32,000 bases of DNA from NCBI GenBank assembly GCA_965250005.1, contig OZ252279.1:1200001-1232000 (forward strand), read 5' to 3'. Position 1 is the stretch's first letter. Each line of letters starts with the position of its first letter. The notes beneath the pieces are model-generated. The model was not told the origin of the DNA and searched no databases. It saw only the letters and a list, made by a program, of their open reading frames with translations. This DNA comes from Demequinaceae bacterium (lineage in GTDB: Bacteria; Actinomycetota; Actinomycetes; Actinomycetales; Demequinaceae). The translations under genes were made by a program, and so were the position numbers. Below, in pieces: positions 28,341 to 32,000 of the stretch.

Positions 28341-29276
28341 GTGAGCAAACTGCCAAATCAAGTATCCGAAACTTTCGACCCCATGCGCTGGCGCGACATC
28401 GAGGGTTTCCCTACTGGCGACACTACCTACCACCGCGCCGTCGCGCGGGATGAGGAGGGCGAGCCGCGGGACCTTCCGGCCGTGCGCATCGCCTTCAATC
28501 GCCCTGACGTCCGCAACGCCTTTCGTCCGCAAACCGTCGACGAGCTCTACGCTGCTCTCGACCACGCGCGACAAACCGCGGACGTGGCCGCGGTCATCGT
28601 CACCGGCAACGGCCCCTCCTCCAAAGACGGCGGCTGGGCTTTCTGCTCGGGAGGCGACCAGCGGATCCGCGGAAAGGACGGGTACCTCTACGAGGAGGAT
28701 GCTAAGTCCGCACCCGCGCACGGGGGACGCCTTCACATTCTCGAAGTTCAGCGCCTGATGCGCACCATGCCTAAGGTGACCATCGCAGCGATTCCTGGTT
28801 GGGCAGCAGGCGGCGGGCACAGCCTGCATGTGGTGGCGGACCTGTCGATCGCCAGCCGCGAACACGCGCGCTTCAAGCAGACGGACGCGAACGTCGGCTC
28901 GTTCGACGGCGGGTACGGCAGCGCGCTGCTCGCGCGACAGGTGGGCGACAAACGCGCACGAGAGATCTTCTTCCTGGCTCGGGAGTACTCTGCCGACGAT
29001 GCGGAGCGTTGGGGGGCCGTCAACCAAGTGGTCGCACACGCGGATCTGGAGTCAACCGCACTCGAATACGCGGCGACCATCGCTGGGAAATCGCCGCAAG
29101 CAATCAGGATGTTGAAGTTTGCGTTCAATCTGGCAGACGATGGCCTGGCCGGTCAGCAGGTATTCGCGGGAGAGGCGACGCGCCTCGCTTACATGACAGA
29201 CGAGGCGCAAGAGGGCCGGGACGCGTTCCTTGAGGGACGGGCGCCCGACTGGCGCGACTACCCGTACGCGTTCTAG
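28341..29276 (+). CDS. menB: 1,4-dihydroxy-2-naphthoyl-CoA synthase
   Basis: 311 aa crotonase-fold protein with AFCSGGDQRIRG, GWAAGGGHSLHVVADL and FKQTDANVGSFDGGYGS, plus the C-terminal EGRDAFLEGRAPDW typical of MenB. Confidence 0.92.
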   Translation: MSKLPNQVSETFDPMRWRDIEGFPTGDTTYHRAVARDEEGEPRDLPAVRIAFNRPDVRNAFRPQTVDELYAALDHARQTADVAAVIVTGNGPSSKDGGWAFCSGGDQRIRGKDGYLYEEDAKSAPAHGGRLHILEVQRLMRTMPKVTIAAIPGWAAGGGHSLHVVADLSIASREHARFKQTDANVGSFDGGYGSALLARQVGDKRAREIFFLAREYSADDAERWGAVNQVVAHADLESTALEYAATIAGKSPQAIRMLKFAFNLADDGLAGQQVFAGEATRLAYMTDEAQEGRDAFLEGRAPDWRDYPYAF

Positions 29277-29280
29277 TGCG

Positions 29281-30369
29281 CTACCTGAATTCGACCTTGG
29301 ACTTGTAGGCCGTGCCACTCGACGGCACGAGTTCAACCCAGGTGTTGCCGGGCTTGAGATAGACGGGTTCACCAGACGAGAGCGTCAACACGAACGGCGA
29401 AAACCGGTCTTGCTTACTCCATTTGACTGCGAGAAACATGCCTTCGCTCGCCACCCAGCCAGTCCCCGATCGCCCCGCCACCAGGGTCTCCGGAACAGAA
29501 AGCCCACGGGAAATCTGTGTCGTGTACTTTACTTGAGCCCACAGGATTACAACGTTGTCCGTGTAAAGTTGCGTGCCGTCGTACGTCACGTGAGGGGTAG
29601 TGCGTTCGTAACGCAACCACAGCGCGCGCTCCGCGTCCCACTTCCACTCCGGTTGGGCGGAAGGCGACATGTAGATATCGATATGCGCCGTGGGCACACC
29701 GTAGATCGCCGCGCTGTTGAACTCGCCAGGGTACGCATAGTTGAAATGATCAGGCGGCGAGTGCACTGGCTCCGCTTGTGCGGCAAATTCCTCGAGAAGA
29801 CCGTGGAGATTGTGAGGCGCGTAGTTGGTATTGACGCGGAAGAACCCTGCGTCGCGAAGGTCCTGCGCGATGAGGTCCTGCCCCGCTTCGTCTGCCGCGG
29901 AAATAAAGCGTCGCTGTGCCCCAGAGAAGATCAGCGGGCCGTTGTAAGAGCCCACAATGTTGTGGTCCATGGGCCGCACAGAACGGATGGGGCCGACGGT
30001 TTCCGGCCAGTTGGAGTGAAAGACGGCAATCAGGCGGGACACCCCGTAGTCGATGAAGGTTTCATAGACAGTGTCCGCGTACTGCAGATTGGTCTGCGGC
30101 TTAGCGGCGTACGAATTCTCAATTTTGACCGCCAGCGCAGACCGCGCTACGACGGCTGGGTCGACGTCAACAGCCGAGAGCCCGGTGAGCGGCCACACCA
30201 CGGCGGGCTTGGGGTCAGGCGGCGCCGACGGGACAAGCGACCGCCCTTCCACTGGGACTTGCGTGTAAGTCACGTCAGGCTGCGTGACGACCGTCGGTGC
30301 ACAAGCCGCTAGCGTCACAGACGACACGAGGGCAAGCGCGATAGCGGCAAACCGCGCAGCGGGGGTCAT
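29281..30369 (-). CDS. DUF3048-like lipoprotein
   Basis: 362 aa with a lipoprotein signal MTPAARFAAIALALVSSVTLAAC (lipobox LAAC, Cys23). The segment WPLTGL...ALAVKIENSYAAKPQTNLQYADTVYE matches my memory of the DUF3048 (B. subtilis YerB-type) N-terminal motif PLTGL...VKIxN...PQxGLxxADxVYE. The antisense 360-aa ORF (29230..30312 +) is Arg-rich and is rejected. Confidence 0.65.
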   Translation of the reverse strand: MTPAARFAAIALALVSSVTLAACAPTVVTQPDVTYTQVPVEGRSLVPSAPPDPKPAVVWPLTGLSAVDVDPAVVARSALAVKIENSYAAKPQTNLQYADTVYETFIDYGVSRLIAVFHSNWPETVGPIRSVRPMDHNIVGSYNGPLIFSGAQRRFISAADEAGQDLIAQDLRDAGFFRVNTNYAPHNLHGLLEEFAAQAEPVHSPPDHFNYAYPGEFNSAAIYGVPTAHIDIYMSPSAQPEWKWDAERALWLRYERTTPHVTYDGTQLYTDNVVILWAQVKYTTQISRGLSVPETLVAGRSGTGWVASEGMFLAVKWSKQDRFSPFVLTLSSGEPVYLKPGNTWVELVPSSGTAYKSKVEFR

Positions 30370-30376
30370 AGCGGAC

Positions 30377-30382
30377 AGTCTA
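30377..30382 (-). promoter_or_regulatory. candidate -10 box TAGACT for a leaderless DUF3048-lipoprotein transcript
   Basis: Minus-strand reading: GCGCGCC-TAGACT-gtccgct-ATG(30369), with a 7-nt spacer and no SD. Confidence 0.4.
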
Positions 30383-30390
30383 GGCGCGCA

Positions 30391-30396
30391 TAGGCT
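30391..30396 (+). promoter_or_regulatory. candidate -10 box TAGGCT for a leaderless menE-menA transcript
   Basis: GGCGCGCA-TAGGCT-ggtcgc-GTG(30403), with a 6-nt spacer and no SD. Confidence 0.45.
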
Positions 30397-30402
30397 GGTC
30401 GC

Positions 30403-31440
30403 GTGACTTATGCACGCCTCTCGGAAGGCCCTGAAGCAGCGGTCGCAGCCGCGCTATCAGGCGATGTCGACGGCATCGCAGTCGCGACATCGGGCAGCAC
30501 CGGCACTCCACGCGAGGTTCACCTAAGCGGGCCTGCACTGAGAGCCTCAGCAGAGGCGACGTCCGCCCGGCTCACAGGACCCGGAGCCTGGCTGCTTGCC
30601 CTCCCGGCCGACCGCATTGCTGGCTCACAGGTGCTCGTCCGGTCAGCGTTGGCTAGAACAAGCCCCATACGCCTGCCCTCTGGCCCGTTCACTGCCGTGG
30701 GTTTCGCCGCAGCCGCCGACGAACTATTTCGCTCGACCCCCGCAAACATGCCGCGGTACACCTCGCTTGTGCCCACGCAACTACGTCGCGTGCTTGCCGA
30801 CCCTCGGGCCTCGAGCGCACTCGCATCGTTCACCAGTGTTCTCGTGGGAGGGGCGTCGCTCGGCAACCTCAAGGGTCCCGGCAATGTGATCGAGACATAC
30901 GGAATGACGGAAACCGCCGGCGGCTGCGTTTACGACGGCGTTCCCCTCGACGGCGTGGACGTCGCGATCGGGGACAACGGCGGCATCCTCATCTCCGGCG
31001 ACGTGCTGGCCGACGGGTACGTGGACGGCGACGACTCCTCGTTCCCCACCATCGGCGGGACGCGCTGGTTTGCGACATCGGACGTCGGGCAGATCCGGTC
31101 GGCCAAGCTCAGTGTGCTGGGAAGGTCGGACTCGATGATCGTGACGGGGGCGTTCAAGGTCCACCCTGAGTCAGTCGAGCGGGCGCTCGATGCGCTACCG
31201 GACGTCGCGCAGTCTGTCGTCGTTGGGGTGCCCGATCCTGAGTGGGGCACGCGGATCGTCGCTCTCGCCATCGCCGCCGATTCCGCGAGCAATCTCACCA
31301 CAGAGAGCGTTCGCGCTCGGCTCGAGTCAACGCTCCCGAACTACGCCCTTCCTCGTGACGTCCGCTTGATCGATTCGCTGCCGCTGCTCGACACTGGCAA
31401 GATTGACCGCGAGGCCGCCCGCACGTTCGCTCTTCAATAG
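30403..31440 (+). CDS. menE: o-succinylbenzoate-CoA ligase (short actinobacterial type)
   Basis: 345 aa with adenylate-forming motifs TSGSTGTPR and YGMTETAGG, and a C-terminal LPLLDTGKIDR. Size is similar to mycobacterial MenE. Confidence 0.85.
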   Translation: MTYARLSEGPEAAVAAALSGDVDGIAVATSGSTGTPREVHLSGPALRASAEATSARLTGPGAWLLALPADRIAGSQVLVRSALARTSPIRLPSGPFTAVGFAAAADELFRSTPANMPRYTSLVPTQLRRVLADPRASSALASFTSVLVGGASLGNLKGPGNVIETYGMTETAGGCVYDGVPLDGVDVAIGDNGGILISGDVLADGYVDGDDSSFPTIGGTRWFATSDVGQIRSAKLSVLGRSDSMIVTGAFKVHPESVERALDALPDVAQSVVVGVPDPEWGTRIVALAIAADSASNLTTESVRARLESTLPNYALPRDVRLIDSLPLLDTGKIDREAARTFALQ

Positions 31441-31473
31441 TGGCACCGGGCCCGGTCAACTGGGAGGTTCTTC

Positions 31474-32000
31474 GTGGCAACCACGCCGCGTGATTGGGTC
31501 GCAGGCGCGCGACCGCGCACATTAACCACAGCAATCGCCCCCGTCGCCGTTGGCTCTGCCTCCGCTGGCGTCCTCGGCGAATTTCGGCCGCTCCTGGCCG
31601 CCCTGGCTCTTGGCGTCGCGCTCTCGCTCCAGGTGGCCGTCAACTACGCGAACGACTACTCAGATGGAGTGCGTGGCACCGACGCAAACCGCGTCGGGCC
31701 GATGCGGCTTACAGCGTCCGGCAAAGCGCGGCCGTCGGTCGTCAAACGAGCCGCGTACATCGCATTCGCTGTGGGCTCTGTTCTTGGCTTGGCCCTCACG
31801 GCGCTGAGCGGGCAGTGGTGGCTGATCGGCGTGGGCATGCTGTCCGTCGTCGCCGCTTGGACTTACACCGGCTCGCCGCGACCCTACGGCTACGCCGGCT
31901 GGGGCGAGGTGAGCGTCTTCGTCTTCTTCGGCCTATTCGCCACCCTTGGCACCATGTACGCGCAGGCCGCGACGGTAACATGGTGGGCCGTGGCAGCAGC
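31474..32000 (+). CDS. menA: 1,4-dihydroxy-2-naphthoate polyprenyltransferase (3'-truncated by window edge)
   Basis: Not in the ORF track because it has no stop in the window. My own translation from GTG 31474 (GGGAGG 6 nt upstream) gives MATTPRDWVAGARPRTLTTAIAPVAVG...LQVAVNYANDYSDGVRGTDANRVGPMRL...WTYTGSPRPYGYAGWGEVSVFVFFG. It carries the UbiA-family NxxxDxxxD motif in the MenA form NDYSDGVRGTD and is open to base 32000. Confidence 0.88.
   Translation, partial: MATTPRDWVAGARPRTLTTAIAPVAVGSASAGVLGEFRPLLAALALGVALSLQVAVNYANDYSDGVRGTDANRVGPMRLTASGKARPSVVKRAAYIAFAVGSVLGLALTALSGQWWLIGVGMLSVVAAWTYTGSPRPYGYAGWGEVSVFVFFGLFATLGTMYAQAATVTWWAVAA

Noticed and set aside
28305-29039. 244-aa minus-strand ORF antisense to menB
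   Set aside because: menB on the + strand is unambiguous (crotonase/MenB motifs). The antisense product has no features.
29230-30312. 360-aa + strand ORF overlapping the menB 3' end and antisense to the DUF3048 gene
   Set aside because: The translation is Arg-rich and motif-free. The minus-strand frame gives a lipobox signal peptide and DUF3048-like motifs, and it fits the intergenic geometry.
31445-31456. 12-bp perfect palindrome ACCGGGCCCGGT in the menE-menA gap
   Set aside because: Loop-less GC palindromes of this size are common in high-GC genomes. The gap is only 33 bp and menA has its own SD, so there is no evidence of function.
1-32000. Looked for CRISPR arrays, tRNA/rRNA, IS elements or terminal inverted repeats, integrases, toxin-antitoxin pairs and known defence-system hallmarks
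   Set aside because: None found. Intergenic space totals only a few hundred bp, the only tandem repeats are the coding (GCTGGT)n tract and the 9-bp doublet, and every large ORF has a housekeeping or envelope assignment.

Overview
High-GC (about two-thirds G+C by eye) actinobacterial-type chromosomal segment, almost entirely core respiratory and quinone metabolism.

Layout:
- Left edge, + strand: the last 36 codons of a CysN-like gene (1-111), a two-gene NitT/TauT-type ABC importer (ATPase 114-917, permease 904-1734), then rarD (1805-2773).
- Minus-strand block of about 17.8 kb: a geranylgeranyl-reductase-family flavoprotein (MenJ-like, 20714->19431), the complete 14-gene NADH:quinone oxidoreductase operon nuoA-N (19395->3902), and a long-chain trans-polyprenyl diphosphate synthase (3905->2913). 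11 of the 15 gene junctions overlap by 4 or 8 nt.
- Right third: a classical menaquinone cluster with menF (+), menD and menC (-), menB (+), menE (+) and menA (+, truncated at 32000).
- Four predicted exported proteins are interleaved with the men genes: two mutually paralogous N-terminally anchored proteins flanking menC-menD, a secreted tandem-PDZ protein, and a DUF3048-like lipoprotein.

Not seen: rRNA, tRNA, CRISPR, transposase or integrase, phage genes, or any recognisable defence system. I do not see a clear-cut novel system, and most of the window is ordinary housekeeping.

Most worth a second look:
1. The uncharacterised paralog pair plus the PDZ and DUF3048 envelope proteins embedded in the men cluster.
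2. A recurrent TAGNNT-N6/7-start-codon signature at six operon-leading genes, which predicts leaderless mRNAs. It includes a 33-bp quasi-palindromic back-to-back promoter region.
3. An in-frame (GCTGGT)n microsatellite encoding (Pro-Ala)8 in one paralog.

All functional calls come from motif recognition by eye. No database search was run.
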